Assembly: GCA_031364845.1 (NCBI GenBank)
Contig: JANLWX010000018.1
Coordinates: forward strand, 18,247 to 82,246
DNA from: Candidatus Eiseniibacteriota bacterium
GTDB taxonomy: Bacteria > Eisenbacteria > RBG-16-71-46
Direction of reading: 5' to 3'
Length of the DNA: 64,000 nt
Both the position numbers and the translations under genes were made by a program. The notes beneath the pieces are model-generated. The model searched no databases. It was not told where the DNA came from and worked only from the letters and a program-made list of their open reading frames with translations. How positions within the stretch are numbered: the stretch's first letter is position 1; each line of letters opens with the position of its first letter. This document shows positions 38,289-47,690 of this stretch, in pieces.

Positions 38289-40195
38289 GCCGGGCTTCTC
38301 AGATCCGCGACCGTCAGGCAGCGCCACGACCGACGCCGCCCGCGGAACTTCTTGCGCCGCCGGCGGACTCGGCGCTTCGCGACACGGCATGGCTCGTCTG
38401 TGGCGGCCTCGCGCTTCTGGTATTGCTGTGGACCTGCCGCGGATATCCGCGTGGCATTCCGGTCGCTGACGACTACAGCTTCCTCGCGTGGCGCGCGTTC
38501 CATCCACTCGACCTGTTTGATTCGATGGGCGCGACGTACTACTGGCGACCGCTGAGCCGTCAGCTCTACTTCTCCGTGTTCGGCCGCACGCTGCTCGAAG
38601 CGCCATGGATCGCGGCATTCGCGCATGCCGGCATGCTGCTTCTTACCTACGCCGCGCTGTGGCGCATCGCGCGGCGCGGCTTCTCCGCTCCGATCGCGAC
38701 GGCGATCGCCGTGTTCCCGCTGCTGTCCGAGCCGGCGCGCGCGCTGCTCGCGTGGCCGAGCGGAGCGCAGCATCTGCTCGCCGGAATGTTCGCGGCACTG
38801 GCGCTTCACGAAGCATTTGCCGCGCGCGCGATCACCGCACTCCTCTTCGCGGGACTGGGCATGTTGTCCCACGAGTCGGGGGCACTCGCGCTGTGCGCGG
38901 TGCCCGCGATCGCCGGGTGGCAACGATATCGCGCCGGGAACGAGGCATCTTCGGATGCGCGCCGCATGACACGTCACGTCGCGGCGGCCATGATCGGGGC
39001 GCTCGCGATCGGCGCGCTGTGGGTGTTCGGCTACAGGACCGCGCAGGTGCACGGCGTCGCGTTGCCACCTCGAGCGCCGGAAGGTCTTTCGCTCTTGCGC
39101 CTCGCCGATCTCGGTTCGCGCGCGATCCCGGCCGCGCTCGATCTCGAAGACCTCGCGCCGGTCGCGCGCACCACGCTCTCGATCGGCTACGTGTTGATCG
39201 CAGCGCTCGCGCTGATGTGCGTCATCGCGCTGCCCGCGCGCCGCCGGGTTCGCGCGCTCACGTTCGGTGCTGCGGGACTCGCGTGGTTCGTGCTCGGAGC
39301 TCTTCCGCTTTCGCAGTTGCTCCCCGACTGGAACGCGTGGCGCGCATGGTTGCCGACCCTCGGCCTCGGATTGGGACTGGGCGCGGCGCTCGCGTCCCTG
39401 CATCCGGGTCTTGCGATCGGATTCGCGGGATTGCGTCTGGTGGCGCTGGTGTTCGCTTCGCCTGGCCCGGCGATGGTCGCCATCGCGGCACCCGCGACCC
39501 CATCGCACATGTCGTACCGCCGACTGGTTCGGCTCCAGCGCACGGTCGAGTCGACTCGGCAAGCCATGCTCGCCATGCACCCGGCGCTGCCACGCGATGC
39601 CGCGGTCCGGTTCTGGAACCTGCCGCGGCTCGCCGAAGTCGGCTTTCAGGAGCATGCAGCACTGCGCGTGTGGTACCGCGACTCCACGCTCACATGGGGC
39701 CGCTTCGGCGGCGTCGGGGGGCTGGACCAGAAAGTCGATGCGCTCGTGGAATATCGGGACAACACGGCTGCGCCGGCCCAGGCCCTCGAAAGCCCGGCGT
39801 TCGAAGCCTTCCTGCGGGGAGGCAATGCAATGATGGCGGGCCGCCTCGAAGAAGCCGAAGCCGAGTTCCAGCGCGCCGAGGGCGCAACCCGAACGCGCGG
39901 CCTGCTCTACGCCTCGCTCGCGTTCAATCGCTCGTGGCTCGCGGTCGATCGCCGGGAACCGGCGCGCGCGGAGTCGTTGCTTCGGGTTTCGCGGGAGTCC
40001 GGCCAGAAGGCAGATGCCGACTACTGGGCGCTCGTGGCCCGCATCGCCATCGAACGCAACAATCGGCCAACCGCGACCGCGGCGCTCTCTCGCTGCCTGG
40101 CACTCGAACCCAACCACGTGATGGGGCGCGAGATCGCCCGTGTTCTGGCGGCAAACGGAAGCCCGCCGGGCAATGCCGGGGAACAAACGCGTTGA
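38285..40195 (+). CDS. Polytopic membrane protein, GT-C-like/TPR, paralog of 24184..26271
   Basis: PVADDYSFL...YYWRPLSRQLYF, LSHE, LRVWYRDSTL; C-terminal TPR-like helices. Confidence 0.6.
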   Translation: MSRASQIRDRQAAPRPTPPAELLAPPADSALRDTAWLVCGGLALLVLLWTCRGYPRGIPVADDYSFLAWRAFHPLDLFDSMGATYYWRPLSRQLYFSVFGRTLLEAPWIAAFAHAGMLLLTYAALWRIARRGFSAPIATAIAVFPLLSEPARALLAWPSGAQHLLAGMFAALALHEAFAARAITALLFAGLGMLSHESGALALCAVPAIAGWQRYRAGNEASSDARRMTRHVAAAMIGALAIGALWVFGYRTAQVHGVALPPRAPEGLSLLRLADLGSRAIPAALDLEDLAPVARTTLSIGYVLIAALALMCVIALPARRRVRALTFGAAGLAWFVLGALPLSQLLPDWNAWRAWLPTLGLGLGLGAALASLHPGLAIGFAGLRLVALVFASPGPAMVAIAAPATPSHMSYRRLVRLQRTVESTRQAMLAMHPALPRDAAVRFWNLPRLAEVGFQEHAALRVWYRDSTLTWGRFGGVGGLDQKVDALVEYRDNTAAPAQALESPAFEAFLRGGNAMMAGRLEEAEAEFQRAEGATRTRGLLYASLAFNRSWLAVDRREPARAESLLRVSRESGQKADADYWALVARIAIERNNRPTATAALSRCLALEPNHVMGREIARVLAANGSPPGNAGEQTR

Positions 40196-40221
40196 CAGGA
40201 CACCCCCCGAGGCCCCAATCT
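40192..40221 (+). promoter_or_regulatory. his operon promoter
   Basis: Perfect TTGACA 40192-40197, 18 nt, CAATCT 40216-40221, 7 nt before the leader ATG. Confidence 0.65.
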
Positions 40222-40228
40222 TCGGCCC

Positions 40229-40294
40229 ATGCAGACGACACACCGGCACCATTCGCATAGTCATCACGGCCCGACAGGCCGTGGATGCATGTGA
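40229..40294 (+). CDS. hisL: his operon leader peptide
   Basis: MQTTHRHHSHSHHGPTGRGCM* (6 His in 9 codons) immediately upstream of hisG. Confidence 0.88.
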   Translation: MQTTHRHHSHSHHGPTGRGCM

Positions 40295-40344
40295 TTGCCC
40301 GGTTGAACGTCTGAACTAGCTCGACCTCGTAACCGCACGAATTC

Positions 40345-40380
40345 ACGGCCTGTCCCCCAGGGACGGGTCGTTTCTGTTTT
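40345..40380 (+). terminator. his attenuator terminator
   Basis: ACGGCCTGTCCC-CCA-GGGACGGGTCGT + TTCTGTTTT; its 5' arm can instead pair with GACAGGCCGTG in the leader. Confidence 0.85.
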
Positions 40381-40441
40381 CCCCCCAATAAGATGCCCAT
40401 GCCGTCGACGACGTCGTCACGGGCCATATCAGGAGTTGTCG

Positions 40442-41308
40442 ATGCTCAGAATCGCATTGCCCAACAAGGGCCGGCTCGCCGTAGAGACCCGGGAGCTGTT
40501 CGAGGACGCCGGCCTAGATGTCCGCCTCACCAGCGATCGCGCGCTCACTGCGTCGCTCGGCGGCGAGTTCCAGGCGCTGTTCGTGCGCGCCCAGGACATT
40601 CCGGTGTTCGTCGCCGACGGCGCCGCCGATGCCGGCGTGACCGGACGCGATCTGATCTGCGAGTCCGAGTGCGGGCTCGATTCGCGCATCGACCTCGGCT
40701 TCGGGCGCTGCCGCATGGTCGTCGCCACGCGCGAGGACAGCAGCGTGCGATCGGTCGAGGATCTCGAGGGCCGGCCCCGCGTCGCCACGTCGTTCCCGCG
40801 CATCACCCGGCGGTTCTTCGAGGGGCTCGGACGCCCGGTCGAAATCGTTCCCGTGAGCGGCGCGACCGAAGTGGCTCCGCTGCTCGGCGTCGCCGACATC
40901 GTGGTCGACCTCACGTCCACCGGCTCGACGCTGCGGGTGAACGGACTGCGCGAGATCGGAACCATCCTCGAATCCACCGCACAGCTCGTCACCGGGCGCG
41001 ACGCGTTCGCGGACGGCTCCGATCGCGCCCGCGCGCTCGACGAGCTGATCGCCGCGCTGACATCGGTGCTGCGCGCGCGCGGCAAGCGCTACCTCATGGC
41101 GAACGTGCCGCGCGTCGCACTCGAGGACATCAAGCGGGTGCTGCCCGGGCTCAACGGCCCGACCGTGGTCGACATCCTGAACCACGGCGCCCACGTCGCC
41201 GTGCACGCCGTGGTGCAGGCAGCGGGCATCTATCGCACGATCGCCGAGCTCAAATCGCTCGGCGCCGAAGGTATTCTCGTCACCCGCATCGAGAGGCTCA
41301 TGCCATGA
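40442..41308 (+). CDS. hisG: ATP phosphoribosyltransferase (long form)
   Basis: IALPNKGRL, RAQDIP, GATEVAP...IVDLTSTGSTLR, C-terminal regulatory domain. Confidence 0.97.
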   Translation: MLRIALPNKGRLAVETRELFEDAGLDVRLTSDRALTASLGGEFQALFVRAQDIPVFVADGAADAGVTGRDLICESECGLDSRIDLGFGRCRMVVATREDSSVRSVEDLEGRPRVATSFPRITRRFFEGLGRPVEIVPVSGATEVAPLLGVADIVVDLTSTGSTLRVNGLREIGTILESTAQLVTGRDAFADGSDRARALDELIAALTSVLRARGKRYLMANVPRVALEDIKRVLPGLNGPTVVDILNHGAHVAVHAVVQAAGIYRTIAELKSLGAEGILVTRIERLMP

Positions 41309-43854
41309 GAATCTCCGAGGACCGCAAGGAGAACGTCGGGCTTCCGGTCGCGGCGAGTGCGGCGTTCCTGAGGCGGGCGGCACTGCGCGCGGCACCGGCG
41401 TTGCGGTTCACCGGCACGCTCGAAGGCCTCGGCGAATCCGATCGCGCGCGGCTGCTCGATCGCGGGAACGCATCGGTGAACCCCGCCGTGGCGCAGGTCC
41501 GCGCGACCGTCGCGGACATCGTTGTCCGCGTGCGGCGTGACGGTGATGCGGCGTTGCGCGAACTCGCGCGCGCCTACGATGGCGTCGATCTCCAAAGCTT
41601 CGAAGTGCCGCGCCCGGTCATCGATGGGGCACTCGCCGCGCTCGATCCGGCGCTGCGGTCCGCACTCGAGCGATCGGCGCGCAACCTGCGCCGCTTCCAC
41701 GCCGCGCAGTTGCCGGCGCCGTTCGAAACCGAGACCGAGCCCGGTATCACGCTCGGCTGGCGCGCGGAGCCGCTCGATCGGATCGGCGTGTACGCGCCCG
41801 GCGGCACCGCGAGCTACCCGAGCAGCGTGCTGATGGCCGCGATCCCCGCGCGGGTCGCGGGTGTTCGAGAGGTCGTGCTGTGCTCCCCGCCCGATCGCTC
41901 CGGAGCGCCCGCGCCCGCCGTGCTCGCGGCCGCCGCGATCGCTGGCGTCGATCGCGTGTTCGCACTGGGAGGAGCCGGAGCGATTGCAGCACTCGCCTAC
42001 GGCACGGCGAGCGTGCCCCGCGTCGATCGCATCGTCGGGCCCGGCAATCTCTATGTCGCCGCCGCGAAGCTCGCCGTCTCGCGCGACGTGCTGATCGACT
42101 CACCGGCCGGGCCGAGCGAGGTCCTCGTGATCGCCGATGCCACCGCCGACCCCGTGCGCATTGCGCGCGAGTTGCTCGCCCAGGCCGAGCACGACCCGCT
42201 CGCGTGCGCCGTGGCGGTGGCTATCGGCGAACGCGTCGCGGTCTCGATCACGGACGCGCTCACGGACCTGCTCCGCCGCGAGTCCGATCACGGCGGCCGG
42301 AACGACATCGTCGCCGCCGCCTTGAACGACCACGGCGGCGTGCTCGCCGCCGCATCGCTCGACGAGGCGATCGCATTCGCCAACGACTACGCGCCCGAGC
42401 ATCTGCTGCTCGCGATCGCGGAGCCGCGCGCGGCACTCGCGCGCGTGCGCCACGCGGGGACCGTGTTTCTCGGCGACGGAGCATCGGTCGTGTTCGGCGA
42501 CTACATGACCGGCGCCAATCATGTGCTGCCCACCGGCGGGACCGCGCGCGCACGCGCGGGACTCTCGACTTTCGATTTCATTCGCACGACGACCTGGCAG
42601 GAGATCAGTGCCGGGGCCGCCGTTCGACTTGCGGACGATGTGGCCTTGTTCGCAGACGCCGAACGGCTCCCCGCACATTCCGCGGCCGCGCGCGCATTCG
42701 CAGGGGGTGAGCTCGCTGATCTCACCGATCTGCCGCACGCGCGCGTCGCGGACCCGATGGCGGACGAGTCCCGGCACCTGCGCCCGCGCGCGTCTTACGC
42801 GGCGATCGCGCTCTACGGCGGCGAACACATTCCGTGCGCGATCGATCTCTCCGACAACACGAATGCATTCGGCACTCCGCCCTCGGCGCGCCGCGCAATG
42901 CGGAGCGCGCCGCGCGATGCCGCCACGCGCTATCCGTCGGCCTACGCCGACGCGTTGCGCCGGGAACTCGCGCACTACGCCGGCGTGACGCCGGCCGAGA
43001 TCGTGACGGGATGCGGATCGGACGACATCCTCGATGCGGCGCTGCGCGCGTTCGCAGAGCCGGGCGATCGGGTGGCCCACATGGATCCCACGTTCAGCAT
43101 GGTGCCGGAGTTTGCCCGCATGAACGGTCTCGAGCCGGTCGCAGTGCCGCTCGGCCCGGACTTCGACGCGGACTCCGACGCGCTGCTCGCGACGCGCGCG
43201 CGCGTCATCTATCTATGCTCGCCCAACAATCCGACCGGTACGCGGGTGTCCGCGCAGGCGATCGAACGCGTGGTGGCCGCTGCCCCAGGCCTCGTGATCC
43301 TCGACCGCGCCTACGCCGAGTATTGCGCGCTGGCGCCGCTCGCGGGGATCGCATCGGACCGCCTGCTGGTCGTGCGTACGCTGTCCAAGGCGTTCGGGCT
43401 CGCGGGGCTGCGGATCGGCTACGGCATCGGGGCGCCTTCGATGATCGAGGCGATCGCCAAGGCACGCGGGCCGTACAAGGTGAATGCGATCGCGGAGCGC
43501 GCGGCGATCGCGGCACTGACGCACGATCGTGCATGGGTCGAGGCCGGCGTGCGCGCGGTGCGGCGCAACCGCCACCGTTTCGTGTCCGAGCTTCGATCGC
43601 TCGGCTTCGCCCCGCTGCCGTCGCGCGCGAACTTCGTGCTGCTGCCGGTGCCCGACGCGGCCCACACCGCAGCGCAGCTGCGGGCTCATGGCATCGCGGT
43701 GCGCCCGTTCCATGCGCTCACCGGCATCGGCGATGCACTGCGCATCACGATCGGTCGCCGGCGCGATCTCGACCGCGTTCGCGACGCGCTCGCGGAACTC
43801 GTGGGTGAGCGCGCTCCGGCCGCATCGGGCCCTCCTCCTCAGGAGGCGACGTGA
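41305..43854 (+). CDS. hisD-hisC: Fused histidinol dehydrogenase (HisD) / histidinol-phosphate aminotransferase (HisC), 849 aa
   Basis: HisD: GVYAPGG, YPSSVLM, GPGN, AGPSE, QAEH, APEHL, NHVLPT. HisC: DLSDNTN, CSPNNPTG, RTLSKAFGLAGLRIGY. No stop codon between them. Confidence 0.93.
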   Translation: MRISEDRKENVGLPVAASAAFLRRAALRAAPALRFTGTLEGLGESDRARLLDRGNASVNPAVAQVRATVADIVVRVRRDGDAALRELARAYDGVDLQSFEVPRPVIDGALAALDPALRSALERSARNLRRFHAAQLPAPFETETEPGITLGWRAEPLDRIGVYAPGGTASYPSSVLMAAIPARVAGVREVVLCSPPDRSGAPAPAVLAAAAIAGVDRVFALGGAGAIAALAYGTASVPRVDRIVGPGNLYVAAAKLAVSRDVLIDSPAGPSEVLVIADATADPVRIARELLAQAEHDPLACAVAVAIGERVAVSITDALTDLLRRESDHGGRNDIVAAALNDHGGVLAAASLDEAIAFANDYAPEHLLLAIAEPRAALARVRHAGTVFLGDGASVVFGDYMTGANHVLPTGGTARARAGLSTFDFIRTTTWQEISAGAAVRLADDVALFADAERLPAHSAAARAFAGGELADLTDLPHARVADPMADESRHLRPRASYAAIALYGGEHIPCAIDLSDNTNAFGTPPSARRAMRSAPRDAATRYPSAYADALRRELAHYAGVTPAEIVTGCGSDDILDAALRAFAEPGDRVAHMDPTFSMVPEFARMNGLEPVAVPLGPDFDADSDALLATRARVIYLCSPNNPTGTRVSAQAIERVVAAAPGLVILDRAYAEYCALAPLAGIASDRLLVVRTLSKAFGLAGLRIGYGIGAPSMIEAIAKARGPYKVNAIAERAAIAALTHDRAWVEAGVRAVRRNRHRFVSELRSLGFAPLPSRANFVLLPVPDAAHTAAQLRAHGIAVRPFHALTGIGDALRITIGRRRDLDRVRDALAELVGERAPAASGPPPQEAT

Positions 43855-44564
43855 TCGTCACGATCTTCGACTACGGCGCGGGTAATCTGCACTCGCTCGA
43901 AAAGGCGCTCGCCCTGAGTGGTCACCGTGTGCGCATCGAACCCGATCCCGAGGCGGCCCTCGACACCGACGTCCTCGTGCTTCCCGGCGTCGGCGCGTTC
44001 GCGAGTGCGGCGGCGCGCCTCGCTCCGGGCCGCATCGCCATGCGCCGCGCGATCGACCGCGGGCTGCCGTGCCTCGGCATCTGCCTCGGCATGCAGTTGC
44101 TGTTCGACGGCAGCGACGAAGGCCCGGGTGCCGGACTCGGCGTGATTCCCGGCCGCGTCACGCGGCTCGACGCGCCGTGTGTTCCGCACATCGGATGGAA
44201 CACGATCGAACCCGGCACCTTCACATCCGATCCCTTGTTGCGGCGCGCCCCGCTCGAGTACGTCTACTATGCTCACAGCTTCGCCTGCCGTCCTGCCGAC
44301 CCGGCCGTGACGACGGCGTGGAGCCGGCATCACGACGACCACTTTGCGGCGGTCGTGCGTCAGGGCTCGGCCGTGGGCGTCCAGTTCCATCCCGAGAAGA
44401 GTTCGCGCGCCGGCGTGGCTCTGCTGCACGCGTATCTCGCCGCCGCCTGCCTCGCGCACGACACCGGGACCCCGCTGGGAACGTGCGCCGACATCGATTC
44501 CGACGGCCGCAGCACCTTCGACGATCACAGGGCCATGGGCCCGGGGGCGATGCCATGCTCGTGA
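43851..44564 (+). CDS. hisH: Imidazole glycerol phosphate synthase glutaminase subunit
   Basis: DYGAGNL, LPGVG, GICLGMQ, VPHIGWN, QFHPEKS. Confidence 0.96.
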   Translation: MIVTIFDYGAGNLHSLEKALALSGHRVRIEPDPEAALDTDVLVLPGVGAFASAAARLAPGRIAMRRAIDRGLPCLGICLGMQLLFDGSDEGPGAGLGVIPGRVTRLDAPCVPHIGWNTIEPGTFTSDPLLRRAPLEYVYYAHSFACRPADPAVTTAWSRHHDDHFAAVVRQGSAVGVQFHPEKSSRAGVALLHAYLAAACLAHDTGTPLGTCADIDSDGRSTFDDHRAMGPGAMPCS

Positions 44565-45283
44565 TTCCCGCGATCGACCTGCGCGATGGCGCGTGTGTCC
44601 AGCTCGTCGGCGGCTCCTATGAAAAGGAGCGCGTGCGGCTCGAAGATCCGATGGCCGCGGCACAACAGTGGCTGGACCACGGCTTCACGAATCTGCACGT
44701 CGTCGATCTCGACGCAGCACTCGACCGCGGCTCCAACGCCGCGATCGTCGAGCAGTTGGCTGCACTCGACGGCGCGCAGGTCCAGGTCGGCGGCGGCATC
44801 CGTTCGGGCGGAGCAATCGCGGGCCATCTCAATGCAGGCGCCGAGCGCGTCGTGGTCGGCACGCGCGCGATCGAGCAACCCGACTGGCTCGCCGCCACCG
44901 CGCGCGCGTTTCCCGGCGCGATCGTGGTCGCCGCCGATTCGCACGGGCATCGCGTCGTGACCCGCGGTTGGACCCGCGAACTGGCGACCGACGTGCGCGA
45001 CCTCGTTCACGAGTTCTCGCGCCTTCCGCTTGCCGGGGTGCTCGTGACGGCGGTCCATCGCGAAGGCCGCATGGAAGGCATCGACCTCGAACTCGTGCGT
45101 TCGGTGATCGAGCGCTGCTCGCTGCCGCTCTACGTCGCCGGAGGCATCACGACGCTCGACGACCTGCGAGCGCTGGATGCGGCCGGCGCGCACGCGGCGA
45201 TCATCGGCATGGCGCTCTACACCGGCACGCTCGATCCGCGGAAAGTCGCGGCCGAATTCGCTTCGCAGGAGCCACGATCATGA
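44555..45283 (+). CDS. hisA: ProFAR isomerase
   Basis: IPAIDL, LHVVDLD, QVGGGIR, VAGGI, GMALY. Confidence 0.96.
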   Translation: MLVIPAIDLRDGACVQLVGGSYEKERVRLEDPMAAAQQWLDHGFTNLHVVDLDAALDRGSNAAIVEQLAALDGAQVQVGGGIRSGGAIAGHLNAGAERVVVGTRAIEQPDWLAATARAFPGAIVVAADSHGHRVVTRGWTRELATDVRDLVHEFSRLPLAGVLVTAVHREGRMEGIDLELVRSVIERCSLPLYVAGGITTLDDLRALDAAGAHAAIIGMALYTGTLDPRKVAAEFASQEPRS

Positions 45284-45861
45284 TCGAGATCATCCGCAAC
45301 ACCGCCGAGACCGAGCTCACGCTGTCACTCCGGCTGGGGCCCGATCCGGTGTCACGCATCGCGACCGGAGTCCGCTTCCTCGACCACATGCTCGAAACGC
45401 TCGCGCGCTACGGCGGGTTCGAACTCTCGCTCGCAGCGACCGGCGACCTCAAACATCATCTGATCGAAGACGTCGGCATCGCGTTCGGCCAGGCGGTGCG
45501 CCAACTGTCCGAAACGCCCCGCGCGCGCTACGGCGACCGCACCGTTCCGATGGACGATGCGCTGGTCCACGTCAGCCTCGATCTCGGCGGGCGCGCGTAC
45601 TACCGCGGCCCGTTGCCGAGCAGCTATTACGAACACTGGATGCAATCATTCGCGATGAACGCTGCGGCCACGCTTCACGTGCGCCCGTTGCGCGGGCGCG
45701 ACCGCCATCACGTCGTCGAGGCGGCGTTCAAGGCGCTGGGTCTCGCGCTGTCCGACGCGCTCGCGCCGGCACCGGGCATCTTCAGCACCAAGGGTGCCGT
45801 GCAGATCGAACAACGCCGCGCGGCAAACGCCGAACCCGCCGTGCCGCCGGAGCGTGACTGA
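45280..45861 (+). CDS. hisB: Imidazoleglycerol-phosphate dehydratase
   Basis: FLDHML, HHLIED, PMDD, HHVVEAAFK, STKG. Confidence 0.95.
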   Translation: MIEIIRNTAETELTLSLRLGPDPVSRIATGVRFLDHMLETLARYGGFELSLAATGDLKHHLIEDVGIAFGQAVRQLSETPRARYGDRTVPMDDALVHVSLDLGGRAYYRGPLPSSYYEHWMQSFAMNAAATLHVRPLRGRDRHHVVEAAFKALGLALSDALAPAPGIFSTKGAVQIEQRRAANAEPAVPPERD

Positions 45862-46715
45862 TGCTTGCGCGCCGCGTCATCGCGTGCCTCGACGTGCGCG
45901 GCGATCGTGTGGTAAAGGGCCACCGCTTCGTGGATCTGCGCGATGTCGGCGATCCGGTGGCGCTCGCGCTGCGCTACGAGGCGCAGGGCGCCGATGAGAT
46001 CGTGTTCCTCGACATCTCGGCGACCCCCGACGAACGCGCGTCGCTGCTCGACGTCGCGCGCCGCACCGCGGAGCGTCTGTTCGTGCCGCTCACGATCGGC
46101 GGCGGCATCCGCACGTCCGACGATGCCGCTCGCGCGCTGCGCGCGGGCGCAGACAAGATCAGCATCAACTCCGCGAGTGTGGCGCGGCCCGAACTCTTGA
46201 GTGAATGTGCAGCGCGCTTCGGCGCGCAATGCGTGGTTGCGAGCATCGACGCGCGCCGTGATCCCGCGCGTGAACCGGAACACGGCCTCAATGGACAACA
46301 CCCACCGCGGCCCGGCGAACCGGACGACGGCGAGTCCGCCGTGCGGCCGCCGACGACGTCCGGGTGGCGCGTCGTCACGCACGGCGGGCGCACCGCCACC
46401 GATCTCGACGCCGTCGCGTGGGCGCGCGAATGCATCGCGCGCGGCGCAGGCGAAATCCTGCTCACCAGCATCGACCGCGACGGAGCGCGCAGCGGTTACG
46501 ACCTTCCGCTCACGCGCGCGATCGCGGACGCCGTGTCGGTTCCGGTGATCGCCTCGGGCGGCGCGGGCAGCGCGAGCGATCTGAGCGATGCGATCCGCAT
46601 CGGCGGCGCCGACGCCGTGCTCGTCGCGGGCATCCTCCACGACGGGCTCGTCACGATTGCCGAGCTGAAACTCGCGCTCGCGCGTGATGCCATCCCGGTC
46701 CGACGGGTGGCATGA
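45861..46715 (+). CDS. hisF: Imidazole glycerol phosphate synthase cyclase subunit
   Basis: RVIACLDV, VVKG, GADEIVFLDISA, GEILLTSIDRDG, IASGGAG. Confidence 0.97.
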   Translation: MLARRVIACLDVRGDRVVKGHRFVDLRDVGDPVALALRYEAQGADEIVFLDISATPDERASLLDVARRTAERLFVPLTIGGGIRTSDDAARALRAGADKISINSASVARPELLSECAARFGAQCVVASIDARRDPAREPEHGLNGQHPPRPGEPDDGESAVRPPTTSGWRVVTHGGRTATDLDAVAWARECIARGAGEILLTSIDRDGARSGYDLPLTRAIADAVSVPVIASGGAGSASDLSDAIRIGGADAVLVAGILHDGLVTIAELKLALARDAIPVRRVA

Positions 46716-46814
46716 TGCGCCGGGAGTTCCCCGCGGCGGCGGAACCGGATCGAACGTCCGCATCGCGCACGAGCGGTAACCGGCGCAGCACCATGTCATC
46801 ATGAGGAGGCCGCG

Positions 46815-47624
46815 GTGAACATGCGCGAAACATCCCAGTCGCTGATGCAGGCCGCCGCCGAGGTCGCCCGCGCCGCCGGACTCGTGGCTCTCACATCCCA
46901 CGGCCGGCACCTCAACGTCGAGACCAAGTCCGACGGCAGTCCGGTGACCATCGCCGACCGCGCTGCCGAACAGCACGCGCGGGCGTGGATCGAGAAGCAC
47001 TTCCCTGAGGACGGCATCCTCGGCGAGGAGTTCGGCCTCACGCGGCCGGAGGCGAAGCGGCGCTGGATCCTCGATCCGATCGACGGAACGAAATCGTTCG
47101 TGCGCGGCGTGCCCCTGTGGGGAACGCTGATCGCGATCGCGGAAGGCGACGACGTGCTCGCCGGAGCCGCGTTCTTCCCCGCGATCGACGAACTCGTGGT
47201 CGCCGCCCGCTCGTGCGGCTGCTGGTGGAACGGCCGGGCGTGCGAAGTCTCGAACATCGCCGATCTCGCGGCGGCGACCGTGCTCGCAACCGACGATCGA
47301 TTTCCGGAACGCCGCGCGCGGCGCGATGCGTGGAACATGCTCGCGGGCCGCGCGGCGATCTCCCGCACCTGGGGCGACTGCTACGGCTACCTGCTGGTGG
47401 CGACCGGGCGGGCGGAAGTCATGGTCGACGACATCGTCTCGGCGTGGGATGCGGCCGCGTTCATGCCGATCCTCGAGGAGGCGGGCGGCGTCCTCACCGA
47501 TTGGAGCGGCGCCCGCACCGCGTTCGGAGGCGATGTGATCGCGACCAACGCGCTGCTCGCGACATCCGTGCGCGAATTACTGATCCGCGATGTAGAGCGC
47601 GCGGAACATCCCGCGGTGTCGTAA
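46815..47624 (+). CDS. hisN: Histidinol-phosphate phosphatase (inositol monophosphatase family)
   Basis: SPVTIAD, GEE, LDPIDGTKSF, WGDCYGY, WDAAA; inside the his operon. Confidence 0.9.
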   Translation: MNMRETSQSLMQAAAEVARAAGLVALTSHGRHLNVETKSDGSPVTIADRAAEQHARAWIEKHFPEDGILGEEFGLTRPEAKRRWILDPIDGTKSFVRGVPLWGTLIAIAEGDDVLAGAAFFPAIDELVVAARSCGCWWNGRACEVSNIADLAAATVLATDDRFPERRARRDAWNMLAGRAAISRTWGDCYGYLLVATGRAEVMVDDIVSAWDAAAFMPILEEAGGVLTDWSGARTAFGGDVIATNALLATSVRELLIRDVERAEHPAVS

Positions 47625-47690
47625 GCTCCCCGCCTTCCTCGCTTCGCGCGCGGGTCCCTAGTCCCTTCAGTCGTACGTTCCGGAGAACTC

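Noticed and set aside
46255..46365. ~30-aa Pro-rich insertion in HisF (and a short HisH tail)
   Set aside because: Falls in a variable loop; little evidence of function.
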